Shown: positions 31,401-39,320, counted from the first letter of the stretch. The stretch: 64,000 bases of DNA from an uncultured Schleiferiaceae bacterium (GCA_963974215.1 CAXBBL010000010.1:1-64000), one strand, 5' to 3'. The notes: a model not told the origin generated them from the sequence alone. Numbers and translations: made by a program.

Positions 31401-33336
31401 CAATGCGAGATGCCTCGCCTACTTATTTTGGAAACGCGAAATATCGAGCGAACTGCGTGAAAAATGGGAAGAGAATATGCGTATTATTCGCAGCATTCTA
31501 AAAATATTTCCTCAAAGTAAAAGCTTCGTAAACAGTATTGCCGAGCTAAAAAATGATATTCAATCCCTTCCGCTTCAGCTAGATTGGGTAGATGACAAAG
31601 CACAAGAAGATGCCGCTCATTACCTATTCCATCTTTTAAGTTCAGAGCAAAAGCTAGCCTTTTCCCTCTCCGCTTGGGATTTAAGTGAGCAGTTTGAATT
31701 ACACCTAAAAAAGAACCGCTGGACCAAAGACTATGAATTGTCTTTGAAAAACGAAAAAGGCAATAAAGGAAAGAGCTTTCAAACGATCCTATCTTGGCTT
31801 AAAGCCTACCAAAACCAAGGGACAAGCAAGCCCTTTTCGGAAGAGGTAATGCGCGAGGCCAGCGTCCTTTTAATGGATAAAACGCTTGCGCTAGATGAGC
31901 ATCAAAAAGTGATACTCTCCGAAAAAATAGAAGGACTAGAAGGAGAGCACCCGTCTCTTGAAAAAGGACAAACAATGCTTCACTACCCGCATTTTATGGA
32001 GAAGCTGCATCGATTTAAAAGCACCACGGTGCAGGATTTTCTGCGCTTTCAAAAATTGAAAAAGGATTTACTAGCAGCCCAGAAAAAGGAATTACGCTTA
32101 CAAGAATTCAAACCCAAGGTGATGAGTTCTTTTGTTCGCAACCAATTATTGGATGAAGTTTATCTGCCTTTAATCGGCGATAACCTTGCCAAGCAAATGG
32201 GCGCTGCGGGTGCCAATAAACGTACCGATCTAATGGGAATGCTTTTACTCATTTCCCCCCCAGGTTATGGTAAGACTACCTTAATGGAATATATCGCCAA
32301 CCGTTTGGGATTGGTTTTTATGAAAATAAACGGTCCTGCTATTGGTCATGAAGTTACCGCTATTGACCCTTCGGTAGCGCCAAATTCTGCAGCACGTGAA
32401 GAACTGGAAAAACTAAACCTCGCATTTGAGATGGGCGATAATGTTATGATCTATATCGATGATATTCAGCATTGTAATCCCGCATTTTTGCAGAAATTTA
32501 TTTCACTCTGCGACGCGCAACGCAAAATAGAAGGCATCTACAAAGGTGTAAGCAAAACTTACGATTTCCGTGGCCGAAAAGTGGCAGTCGTAATGGCGGG
32601 GAACCCCTATACCGAAAGTGGCGATAAGTTTCAAATTCCCGATATGCTATCCAACCGAGCCGATATTTACAACCTCGGAGATATTATAGGCGGCAAGGCC
32701 GAAGCCTTTGAAAATAGCTATTTAGAAAACAGCCTGAGCAGTAATCCTAGCATTGCAAAACTGAAAGATCAAAACAGCAAAGACTTCAAAATATTGGTCC
32801 AAGCGATTGAAAGTGGCGACACCAGTCAGATAAGTTTAGAAGGAAAGCACAGTGGAGAAGAAATAAAAGAATACCTTCAGATTTTGCAGAAAATGCTAAG
32901 ATTGAGAGCGGTAATTTTAAAAGTAAACAAACAGTACATTCTTTCGGCTGGACAAGCGGAAGAGTATAGAACGGAACCTCCATTTAAACTGCAAGGCTCT
33001 TACCGCGATATGAATAAAATGGTAGAGAAACTGAGTCCGATAATGAATGAAGAAGAGTTAGAAACCTTAATCCTTTCGCATTATGAAAACGAATCGCAAA
33101 GTTTAAGCTCGGCGGCAGAATTCAATTTCTTAAAACTGAAGGAACTCTTGGATTTAATGAGCGAAGACGAGAAAAAAAGAAAAGAAGAAATCCTTGCAGT
33201 GTTTAGCCGACAACAAAAAATGAAGAGTTTCGGTGGTAATCAAATTGCACCGATTATAGAACAAATGGAGCGAGCAGGAATTGCCTTAGATGAATTAGTA
33301 AAGATTTTTCAAGGACCCACAAACCTGCCTAAATAA
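28420..33336 (+). CDS. Giant three-part protein: N-terminal globular region, ~600-aa coiled coil, C-terminal MoxR-type AAA+ ATPase
   Basis: 1638 aa. Walker A LLISPPGYGKTTLMEYIANRLG. Walker B, sensor and arginine region VMIYIDDIQHCNPAFLQKFISLCDAQ ... VAVVMAGNPYTESGDKFQIPDMLSNRAD. These match the MoxR/AAA_3-AAA_5 pattern (GPPGxGKT; DEINRAxPxxQSALLEAM; ATQNP...P.AxLDRF). Residues ~470-1100 are heptad-rich helical. Small nested ORFs such as 28801..29022 and 30916..31149 are spurious. Confidence 0.85.
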   Translation: MAQENQEVNIEIGSYEVIRDRLRNHSADLQERLQRLNAARKDVFGATETKLKATERISTENNCLARDIIPIGDNYFWFGYNVHMGLKSETHVNDVFSTYQFQEESQNFKLCESTLLNNEQFLLDFANLYQYYRETVFSKFARIGNAIFMVFRVGKSANDIKTFKWSLIDGKYQYAGNRSDHEFKYPQQHEFTWEKVSRDMHRKGLHPHISIKDRVFIETTGGDLTLKIEDNTDTGKGIYSEPVEDKDQTLDDAEIYFAIIGNLIALKVKPYQEKDFRYIVYNEKIQACARMDALEDSCVLLPDNQGIIFAKGYYIQTGEVKLFDIQLNNMLFERKIASQNGEDYLYIFYQAESGIYILLNYNIIDQKVATPIICNGYTLFESGELIFFKAEEEQKRVHLIQIWQTPFYSPNHVVEAQSDSYLYKIGNKEIVRLMSECSELIKLIGKDDRYANLYTDLSKQSTGIIDAYHWINHAEVEQISKPIEAIKSTATAAIDEYEKVLKIKAHTAAESASVMGEAHKAISKIKNSQAKNIDEYVNRLALLRENKGKVIALKDLRYSDLTAIEALETELSAVNDQLSKATLNYLLRKEALEPYELKTEKLKQELDQAKKVTELNRLAEDIVQISAELDLLIEIVGNLKIDDATQSVKIIDAISTLYAQFNRISAQLKNRKKELLSLEGEAEFKSQIKLINQGLTNYLNLADSAEKCDEYLNKLMVQLEELEAKFAAFDEFIEIIAEKREELYSAFDSKKVQLNEALNKQTLSLQKSGGRIINGIQKRLAKLKNEGEMRTFFASDLMIEKVRGIAEQLLSLGDSVKADDLLSQLKTSYEDALRQSKDKQELFVKGENIIQLGKHQFNVNTQSIDLSIVYKDENLYYHISGTNFFEALQSEAVEATRSVWDQSLKSENAQVYRAEYLAYHLFLEAQHGQNEEETKTLEELHLLNDSDLQEYVQLKMGRKYDEGYVKGVHDKDAMLILKALLKLHFSIGLLRYSSNARCLAYLFWKREISSELREKWEENMRIIRSILKIFPQSKSFVNSIAELKNDIQSLPLQLDWVDDKAQEDAAHYLFHLLSSEQKLAFSLSAWDLSEQFELHLKKNRWTKDYELSLKNEKGNKGKSFQTILSWLKAYQNQGTSKPFSEEVMREASVLLMDKTLALDEHQKVILSEKIEGLEGEHPSLEKGQTMLHYPHFMEKLHRFKSTTVQDFLRFQKLKKDLLAAQKKELRLQEFKPKVMSSFVRNQLLDEVYLPLIGDNLAKQMGAAGANKRTDLMGMLLLISPPGYGKTTLMEYIANRLGLVFMKINGPAIGHEVTAIDPSVAPNSAAREELEKLNLAFEMGDNVMIYIDDIQHCNPAFLQKFISLCDAQRKIEGIYKGVSKTYDFRGRKVAVVMAGNPYTESGDKFQIPDMLSNRADIYNLGDIIGGKAEAFENSYLENSLSSNPSIAKLKDQNSKDFKILVQAIESGDTSQISLEGKHSGEEIKEYLQILQKMLRLRAVILKVNKQYILSAGQAEEYRTEPPFKLQGSYRDMNKMVEKLSPIMNEEELETLILSHYENESQSLSSAAEFNFLKLKELLDLMSEDEKKRKEEILAVFSRQQKMKSFGGNQIAPIIEQMERAGIALDELVKIFQGPTNLPK

Positions 33337-33347
33337 AGAATATTTAG

Positions 33348-33926
33348 ATGGAGAATCAATTTTACCAAACTGAAGAATCGGTAGCAGAGTACATTGCAGC
33401 GGCCCAAGATATTAATGGGAGAAGCCTAATTGAAAAATTAAAAAAGCATCTCCCGCAAGGATCTTTGTTGCTTGAAATTGGCTCAGGCCCTGGTAGCGAT
33501 TTTCAAATTTTAAAAGAAGTGTACCGCTCGGTCGGCTCAGATTTTTCCGTTGAATTCATACGCCTGCTCAAGCTTCGCTTTCCCCAAGATGAATTTTTAA
33601 ACTTGAATGCGGTAAGTTTGGACACTACGCGTAAATTCCAAGGCCTTTACTCCAATAAGGTTCTGCATCATCTGCACGAAGAAGAGCTAAAAAAGTCCAT
33701 CTTGCGACAAGCAGATTTACTGGAATCAGACGGAATTATCTGCCATTCTTTTTGGAAAGGCGAAGGGAATGAGAACTTTAAGGGGCTGCTTGTGAGCTAC
33801 TATAGTGCTGAAAATCTAACGCTTCTTTTTCAAGATCACTTTAAAATCATTACGCTAGAGGAATATGAAGAATTTGAAACTGGAGATTCACTTTTACTAA
33901 TTGCTAAGAAAAAAGACCAGTCCTGA
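33348..33926 (+). CDS. Class I SAM-dependent methyltransferase (small)
   Basis: 192 aa. Motif I LLEIGSGPGSDF. Motif post-I/II pattern with acidic residues downstream. Confidence 0.7.
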   Translation: MENQFYQTEESVAEYIAAAQDINGRSLIEKLKKHLPQGSLLLEIGSGPGSDFQILKEVYRSVGSDFSVEFIRLLKLRFPQDEFLNLNAVSLDTTRKFQGLYSNKVLHHLHEEELKKSILRQADLLESDGIICHSFWKGEGNENFKGLLVSYYSAENLTLLFQDHFKIITLEEYEEFETGDSLLLIAKKKDQS

Positions 33927-33974
33927 TCGCCTGGCTAACTAAATTACTTGAAAACTTAAAAACGAAAACATAAA

Positions 33975-34523
33975 ATGAGTCTATTTAAAAATCTTTTTGG
34001 TAAAAAAGAAGAAGAACCAAAACCCTTCAGTCGCACCGTTCTAGACCTAAGCATGGGTTATATTTTCGAATATGATTTACGCACTTGGGAAGTTACTGGC
34101 GAATACGAATACGACTGGGGCGATGAAGAATTTAGCAAAGAATACAAGGTTTCCGATGGTAAGGACAGCTTTTACCTTTCGGTAGATGAGGACGACGAAA
34201 TAGAATTGCTCTGGTGTGAAAAAGTACCTATGCGCAAACTAGGAGCGGAAATCGCCAAAAATATAAGCGATGGCTCAGCCCCACCCGAAACCATAATTTA
34301 CAAGGGTAAAAGCTATTTCCTAGATGAAGAATCGCCGGGCTATTTTAACGACATGACCAAAAGTAAAAACGACGATTGGCAAGAATTCATCGCTTGGGAC
34401 TACTATAACGAAGATGAAACTTTAAATTTGACCATTGAACAATGGGGCGAACGTTCCTTCGAGGCATCTTGGGGGAAGGTAATCTCCGAATTCGAAATTT
34501 CTGATATTCTTCCAAGAAAATAA
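33975..34523 (+). CDS. DUF4178-like protein
   Basis: 182 aa, soluble, acidic and Trp/Tyr-rich (YIFEYDLRTWEVTGEYEYDWGDEEF...FYLSVDEDDEIELLW). Fits my recollection of the DUF4178 family, which is often clustered with DUF350 and spermidine-synthase-like genes. Assigned from memory without an HMM. Confidence 0.45.
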   Translation: MSLFKNLFGKKEEEPKPFSRTVLDLSMGYIFEYDLRTWEVTGEYEYDWGDEEFSKEYKVSDGKDSFYLSVDEDDEIELLWCEKVPMRKLGAEIAKNISDGSAPPETIIYKGKSYFLDEESPGYFNDMTKSKNDDWQEFIAWDYYNEDETLNLTIEQWGERSFEASWGKVISEFEISDILPRK

Positions 34524-34528
34524 GAACC

Positions 34529-35296
34529 ATGCGCATCTATCATTATCTCAGTCTTTTAGCAAGCTTATTTTTAATTAGCGCTTGCGGACCTAATACCCCG
34601 GTTTACGAGAAAAACCCCATCGACGATTTAGTAAAAAAAATGACTGAAGTGCCGAACTACAGCATTATGCTTTACGACATGAACTACGATGAGAGTAGCG
34701 AAAAGTATTTGCATCAGTATCGCATCTTAAAAGAAGACAGCTTCAACGACACCTTAGTTTCAGAAACTACCGATTGGCTGCAAGTGAGCGACAGCTATTT
34801 CAATAGCAATATCGACAATATGGGCATGGCGCTTATCACTAAAGTAGATGGGAAAGTGGAAAAGAAAGTAGCACCTCCTGGTTATAATAATTATGTTGGC
34901 AACGAGAAGTACGGAAAATGGAACCAAGGTTCGGATGGCAATAGCTTTTGGGAATTCTACGGCAAATACGCCATGCTGCGTTCCGTTTTAGGTTACGGTA
35001 TGTCCCCTATTTACCGTGGCGGCTGGAACGATTATCGTCGCAATTATTATCCCTCGGGCAGAACCTATTACGGTAATAACTCCAACGGTGGCACTCGCTT
35101 TGGCACTAATGGCAGCCACACCAGCAATCGGAGCAGTCGCTCTACTTGGAACAGCAAACCCACTACCTTCAAACAAAATGTGCGCAGCAAAGTACAACGC
35201 AGTAGCAGCCGTACAAGCAGCAGAAACTCACGTTCCTCTTCACGCTATCGCAGCAGTTCTAGCAGTCGAGGACGCGGATTTGGTGGTGGAAAATAA
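34529..35296 (+). CDS. Lipoprotein with C-terminal Arg/Ser/Gly-rich low-complexity tail
   Basis: 255 aa. Lipobox LISACG. The last ~90 aa are NRSSRSTWNSK...RSSSRTSSRNSRSSSRYRSSSSSRGRGFGGGK. Overlapping ORFs 34988..35197(-) and 35016..35300(+) are codon-repeat artefacts. Confidence 0.7.
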   Translation: MRIYHYLSLLASLFLISACGPNTPVYEKNPIDDLVKKMTEVPNYSIMLYDMNYDESSEKYLHQYRILKEDSFNDTLVSETTDWLQVSDSYFNSNIDNMGMALITKVDGKVEKKVAPPGYNNYVGNEKYGKWNQGSDGNSFWEFYGKYAMLRSVLGYGMSPIYRGGWNDYRRNYYPSGRTYYGNNSNGGTRFGTNGSHTSNRSSRSTWNSKPTTFKQNVRSKVQRSSSRTSSRNSRSSSRYRSSSSSRGRGFGGGK

Positions 35297-35316
35297 TTAA
35301 GCAAAACAATAGCAAT

Positions 35317-36198
35317 ATGACAACCGAACTTGTAGCAAACGAATGGCTTAACTCCTTTTTGCTTTTTCTCATTTACCTTAGTAGCTCCCTTATTTTACTC
35401 TTTATTGGAAAGTGGGCCTTTAAGCTGCGCAAGAGTAAAATTAACTTTAGCCATGAACTGGTTGAAAAAGATAACCTCGCTTTCAGCTTTGCCTATGTAG
35501 GTTATTTCGCTGGACTAATCCTAGCGGTAGGTAGCGCCATTTACGGCGAGTCAAATGGACTGATAGTTGACTTGGTGGATATGGGAATTTTTGGCTTGCT
35601 CGCCATTATCCTTTTGAACCTTTCCTCTACCATCATGGATAAAATTACCCTTTCTAAATTTTCGATTTGGAAGGAAATTACCGAAGACCGCAATGCCGGG
35701 ATGGGCATTATCGAAGGCGCCAATTATCTGGGCTCGGGATTAATCATTTTCGGCGCTATTACTGGTGAAAGTGGCAACTTGCTTTTTGGCATTTATACCG
35801 CCCTACTCTACTGGGTTTTGGGCCAAGTTCTAATTTTAATTAGCACCGCCCTTTACAACAAATTAGTACCCTACGATATTCACGAGGAAATTGAAAAAGA
35901 CAATGTGGCCGCGGGCATTGCCTATGCGGGACTAATTATCGCAATGGGTAATTTAATTCGCAATGGCCTGATGGGTAATTTCGATAACTGGGTGGATACG
36001 CTAATGGAAGTGGGCTACGAAGCAGGTATTGGTATTATCATTTTACCGCTTATTCGCACTTTGGTAGATAAGATTTTATTGCCGGGACAGAATTTAAGTG
36101 ATGAAATCGCGAATCAAGAAACCCCAAATTCGGGCGCAGCACTAATAGAGGCCTTAGGCTATATTGGCGGATCTATGCTTATAATTTGGTGTATCTAA
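35317..36198 (+). CDS. Membrane protein with two DUF350-like repeats (YjfL-like)
   Basis: 293 aa. Two repeated modules of DN(L/V)A...(A)Y(V/A)G...(I/L) in TM helices, DNLAFSFAYVGYFAGLILAVG and DNVAAGIAYAGLIIAMG. E. coli YjfL is the single-DUF350 counterpart. Confidence 0.5.
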   Translation: MTTELVANEWLNSFLLFLIYLSSSLILLFIGKWAFKLRKSKINFSHELVEKDNLAFSFAYVGYFAGLILAVGSAIYGESNGLIVDLVDMGIFGLLAIILLNLSSTIMDKITLSKFSIWKEITEDRNAGMGIIEGANYLGSGLIIFGAITGESGNLLFGIYTALLYWVLGQVLILISTALYNKLVPYDIHEEIEKDNVAAGIAYAGLIIAMGNLIRNGLMGNFDNWVDTLMEVGYEAGIGIIILPLIRTLVDKILLPGQNLSDEIANQETPNSGAALIEALGYIGGSMLIIWCI

Positions 36199-36199
36199 A

Positions 36200-37744
36200 T
36201 TGAAACTTTCACGCTCTCCCGTCTTAAAACTTGCGCTCTTTGCCACAGGACTTTCTGGCATTGTAGCGGAATACATCCTGTCTACCCTCGCCACCTATTT
36301 TATTGGTGATTCGGCCACACAATGGTCGCTCATCGTTTCGGTAATGCTCTTCTCCATGGGATTGGGTAGCAGGTTTAGCAAGTACTTTAACGAAAACCTT
36401 TTAGTTAAATTCATCGCCATTGAATTTAGCCTCAGTATTCTGGTTTCATTCGCCAGCCTCTTCGCTTATACCGCGGCAGGTTACACCGAATACGTGGGCT
36501 TTATTATTTACGGACTGAGCATTCTCATTGGGATTTTAATCGGTCTCGAAATCCCCTTGGTAATCCGCCTCAACGAAGAGTTCGAATCGCTGCGCATCAA
36601 TGTAGCCAGCGTTATGGAAAAAGATTATTTAGGTTCGCTCGTGGGCGGATTGTTTTTCGCCTTTGTCGGTTTACCGATCTTAGGTTTAACCTACACCCCT
36701 TTTATACTGGGAATGGTAAACTTTGTAGTAGCCATCCTCTTGTTTTTAGTGGTTAAAGACGCTTTAAAAATTAAGGCTAAAAGCCTGATAAGTTTGGCTG
36801 CCGTTATCGTCTTCGCAATGATTAGCACCGGTGCCTATTATGCGAGCCCCATTATCCTACAAGGCGAACAAGCCCGTTACAAAGACAAAGTGGTTTTTGA
36901 GAAGCAGAGCAAATACCAACGCATTGTAATTACCCAGTGGAAAAACGACTATTGGCTTTACATTAATGGAAACCAACAACTTAGCACCATTGACGAAGAC
37001 AAATATCACGAACCATTAATCCATCCAGCGCTAAATATTATTCAAGAGCGTAAGCATATTTTAGTGCTCGGTGGCGGTGATGGATGTGCGGTAAGAGAGA
37101 TTCTAAAATACCCTGACGTAGAGAAAATCACCTTGGTAGATTTAGACTCGGTAATGACCAATATGGGAAAATACAACCCCATTTTACACGAACTAAACGA
37201 AGGTGCTTTTCACCATCCTAAATTAGAAATCATCAATACCGATGCATTCAATTTTATGGAAAAGGGCGAGAACTATTACGATGCGATAATTGTCGATTTA
37301 CCCGATCCTCGCTCGGTCGAATTAAACCGTTTGTACACCTTGCAATTTTACCAGCTTTGTCACTTAAAACTAAAAAAACACGGGGTTTTATTAACCCAAG
37401 CCGGCAGTCCCTATTATGCGACCAAAGCCTTCTTATGCATCGACAAAACCATGGCCGCAGCGGGGTTCACCACTCAAAAAATGCATAACCAAGTAATAAC
37501 ACTAGGCGAATGGGGCTGGGTGATGGGAGTAAAATCTTGGCCCGAAGAAAAAGATTTAAAAGGTACTTTAGAGCAAATGGAGTTTACGATTCCCACGCGT
37601 TGGTTAAATCAAGATGCGATGTTAATGATGTGTAATTTCGGCAAGAACATTTACGAAGCCACGCACGATAGCATTGCGATAAACCAAATTCAAAACCCTG
37701 TTTTGTACCGTTATTACCTGAAAGGCAATTGGGATTTATATTAA
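36200..37744 (+). CDS. Membrane-anchored spermidine-synthase-like aminopropyltransferase
   Basis: 514 aa. Roughly 7 N-terminal TM helices. The C-terminal domain carries the spermidine synthase signature HILVLGGGDGCAVREILKYPDVEKITLVDLD...AIIVDLPDP. Confidence 0.85.
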   Translation: MKLSRSPVLKLALFATGLSGIVAEYILSTLATYFIGDSATQWSLIVSVMLFSMGLGSRFSKYFNENLLVKFIAIEFSLSILVSFASLFAYTAAGYTEYVGFIIYGLSILIGILIGLEIPLVIRLNEEFESLRINVASVMEKDYLGSLVGGLFFAFVGLPILGLTYTPFILGMVNFVVAILLFLVVKDALKIKAKSLISLAAVIVFAMISTGAYYASPIILQGEQARYKDKVVFEKQSKYQRIVITQWKNDYWLYINGNQQLSTIDEDKYHEPLIHPALNIIQERKHILVLGGGDGCAVREILKYPDVEKITLVDLDSVMTNMGKYNPILHELNEGAFHHPKLEIINTDAFNFMEKGENYYDAIIVDLPDPRSVELNRLYTLQFYQLCHLKLKKHGVLLTQAGSPYYATKAFLCIDKTMAAAGFTTQKMHNQVITLGEWGWVMGVKSWPEEKDLKGTLEQMEFTIPTRWLNQDAMLMMCNFGKNIYEATHDSIAINQIQNPVLYRYYLKGNWDLY

Positions 37745-37750
37745 AGGAAA

Positions 37751-38071
37751 ATGGTAAAAACTAGCATTTACAATTTACGCTTTTGGCTTTTGGAAACGAA
37801 TGCCAGTCTATTAAAAGAGCATTTGCATAAATTCTTGAGCGAGGCGGGCTATGGCATTGTAGGCTTTAGCGAGCATCAGTTTCAACCGCAAGGTTATACT
37901 GCCATTTGGTTGCTTAGCGAAAGTCATTTAGCCCTGCACACCTATCCCGAAGATGAACGGTCCTACATAGAGTTGAGCGGCTGCTCCAAAGATATGAACG
38001 AGCGCTTTAAATCGCTTTGCCATCAACAATGGCCCGATAAAATTAAGCAGGAAGAATTGGCCATTTTGTAA
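37751..38071 (+). CDS. speH: S-adenosylmethionine decarboxylase proenzyme, class 1 (pyruvoyl-dependent, small form)
   Basis: 106 aa. HQFQPQGYTAIWLLSESHLALHTYPE aligns with B. subtilis SpeD [26 protein letters not shown]. The E-S self-cleavage site is conserved. Confidence 0.85.
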   Translation: MVKTSIYNLRFWLLETNASLLKEHLHKFLSEAGYGIVGFSEHQFQPQGYTAIWLLSESHLALHTYPEDERSYIELSGCSKDMNERFKSLCHQQWPDKIKQEELAIL

Positions 38072-38151
38072 AGGTCCTATTTCTTGACAGTCAAGCATTT
38101 ATGAAGTATTAAAAAGCTATATTCGCACATCAAATTTCGATAGAACACCCT

Positions 38152-39138
38152 ATGTTGCGAATTATTTTTGCTCTGCTAATTAGCCTAAACCTTCAGGCCC
38201 AAACCGAAAACTATCAGATTATCATCCACGGTGGAGCGGGTAATGGCCTTAAAGCAGAAAACTATTCTGAGGCACAAATAGCCGCTTTTCATCATTCTTT
38301 ACGCCAAGCTATTGCTATTGGCGATAGTGCCTTGCAAAAGGGCACAGCCACAATTGAAGTAGTAAGCCTCGTTATCCAACAGCTCGAAAACGACAGTCTT
38401 TTTAATGCCGGCAAAGGAGCGGTTTTAACTTATGAAGGCCGCGCTTCTTTAGACGCTTCTATTATGGATGGCGAAAACGGTAATGCGGGAGCCGTTGCCG
38501 GACTTAGCTGCATCAAAAATCCAATTACCGCTGCCTTAGCGGTGCTAAACAACTCGCCACATGTTTTACTCAGTGGCGCTGGCGCAGATACCTTCAGTCT
38601 GCAAAATGGGCTTACTCAAGTAGATCCCTCCTATTTCATCACCCAGCGTATGAAAGGCATCCACGAAAGTATAAAGGGTCATCAAGGCGCCTTGGATAGT
38701 ATCCGCGACTTTAAAATGGGCACGGTGGGTTGCGTAGTAAGAGATCGTCAAGGCAATATCGCAGCAGGTACTTCTACTGGTGGTATGATGAATAAGCGAT
38801 ATGGTCGCGTTGGCGATTCACCTATCATTGGCGCTGGCACTTTTGCCTCCAATGCTACGGTGGGAATTAGTTGCACCGGGCACGGCGAGTACTTCATCCG
38901 TCATGCAGTAGCTTATCAAATTAGCGCGCGTTACGAATTTCAAGGCCTTAGCAGTCAGAAAGCCGCCGACACGGTACTACATGAGGTTCTAAAACCTGGC
39001 GCGGGTGACGGCGGAGTAATTGGCATCGATAAGGACGGGAATTTCATTATATCCTTTAATACAGCTGGAATGCTACGGGCTTTCAAACAAGAAGGAGAAG
39101 CTATTCAAAGCTATATTTTCGGGGAAGGAGAAAAATAA
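38152..39138 (+). CDS. Isoaspartyl peptidase / L-asparaginase (Ntn-hydrolase, plant-type asparaginase family)
   Basis: 328 aa. Signal peptide. Autoproteolytic GTVGCVVRD motif, where Thr is the Ntn nucleophile. Confidence 0.8.
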   Translation: MLRIIFALLISLNLQAQTENYQIIIHGGAGNGLKAENYSEAQIAAFHHSLRQAIAIGDSALQKGTATIEVVSLVIQQLENDSLFNAGKGAVLTYEGRASLDASIMDGENGNAGAVAGLSCIKNPITAALAVLNNSPHVLLSGAGADTFSLQNGLTQVDPSYFITQRMKGIHESIKGHQGALDSIRDFKMGTVGCVVRDRQGNIAAGTSTGGMMNKRYGRVGDSPIIGAGTFASNATVGISCTGHGEYFIRHAVAYQISARYEFQGLSSQKAADTVLHEVLKPGAGDGGVIGIDKDGNFIISFNTAGMLRAFKQEGEAIQSYIFGEGEK

Positions 39139-39238
39139 TTCCCTTAAAAACAATGTCTTAGAAATTTATTTTATTTTTCTTGGTTACTGCTATAGCAAAA
39201 TCGAAAAACCCTCTTATATTTGCACTCCCAAAACAACG

Positions 39239-39313
39239 GGGCGATTAGCTCAGCTGGTTCAGAGCACCTGCCTTACAAGCAGGGGGTCACTGGTTCGAAC
39301 CCAGTATCGCCCA
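39239..39313 (+). tRNA. tRNA-Val (anticodon TAC)
   Basis: Cloverleaf with acceptor stem GGGCGAT/ATCGCCC, D-arm GCTCAGCTGGTTCAGAGC and anticodon stem CCTGC/GCAGG. The anticodon loop is CTTACAA, giving UAC. T-arm ACTGG-TTCGAAC-CCAGT, discriminator A. CCA is not encoded. Confidence 0.9.
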
Positions 39314-39320
39314 CAAAAAA

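Noticed and set aside
28420-33336. Giant ATPase as a BREX/DISARM-type defence ATPase (BrxC/PglY-like)
   Set aside because: The Walker B and sensor regions follow the MoxR/dynein pattern rather than the BrxC pattern. The gene is co-directional and tightly linked with pspA, nfeD and flotillin, and there is no adjacent methylase, PglZ or helicase. A defence function is not excluded, but the classic defence-island reading is unsupported.
34988-35300. ORFs 34988..35197 (-) and 35016..35300 (+) overlapping the lipoprotein 3' end
   Set aside because: They are produced by the repetitive AGC/CGN codons of the RS-rich tail. They have no start context and their composition mirrors the sense frame.
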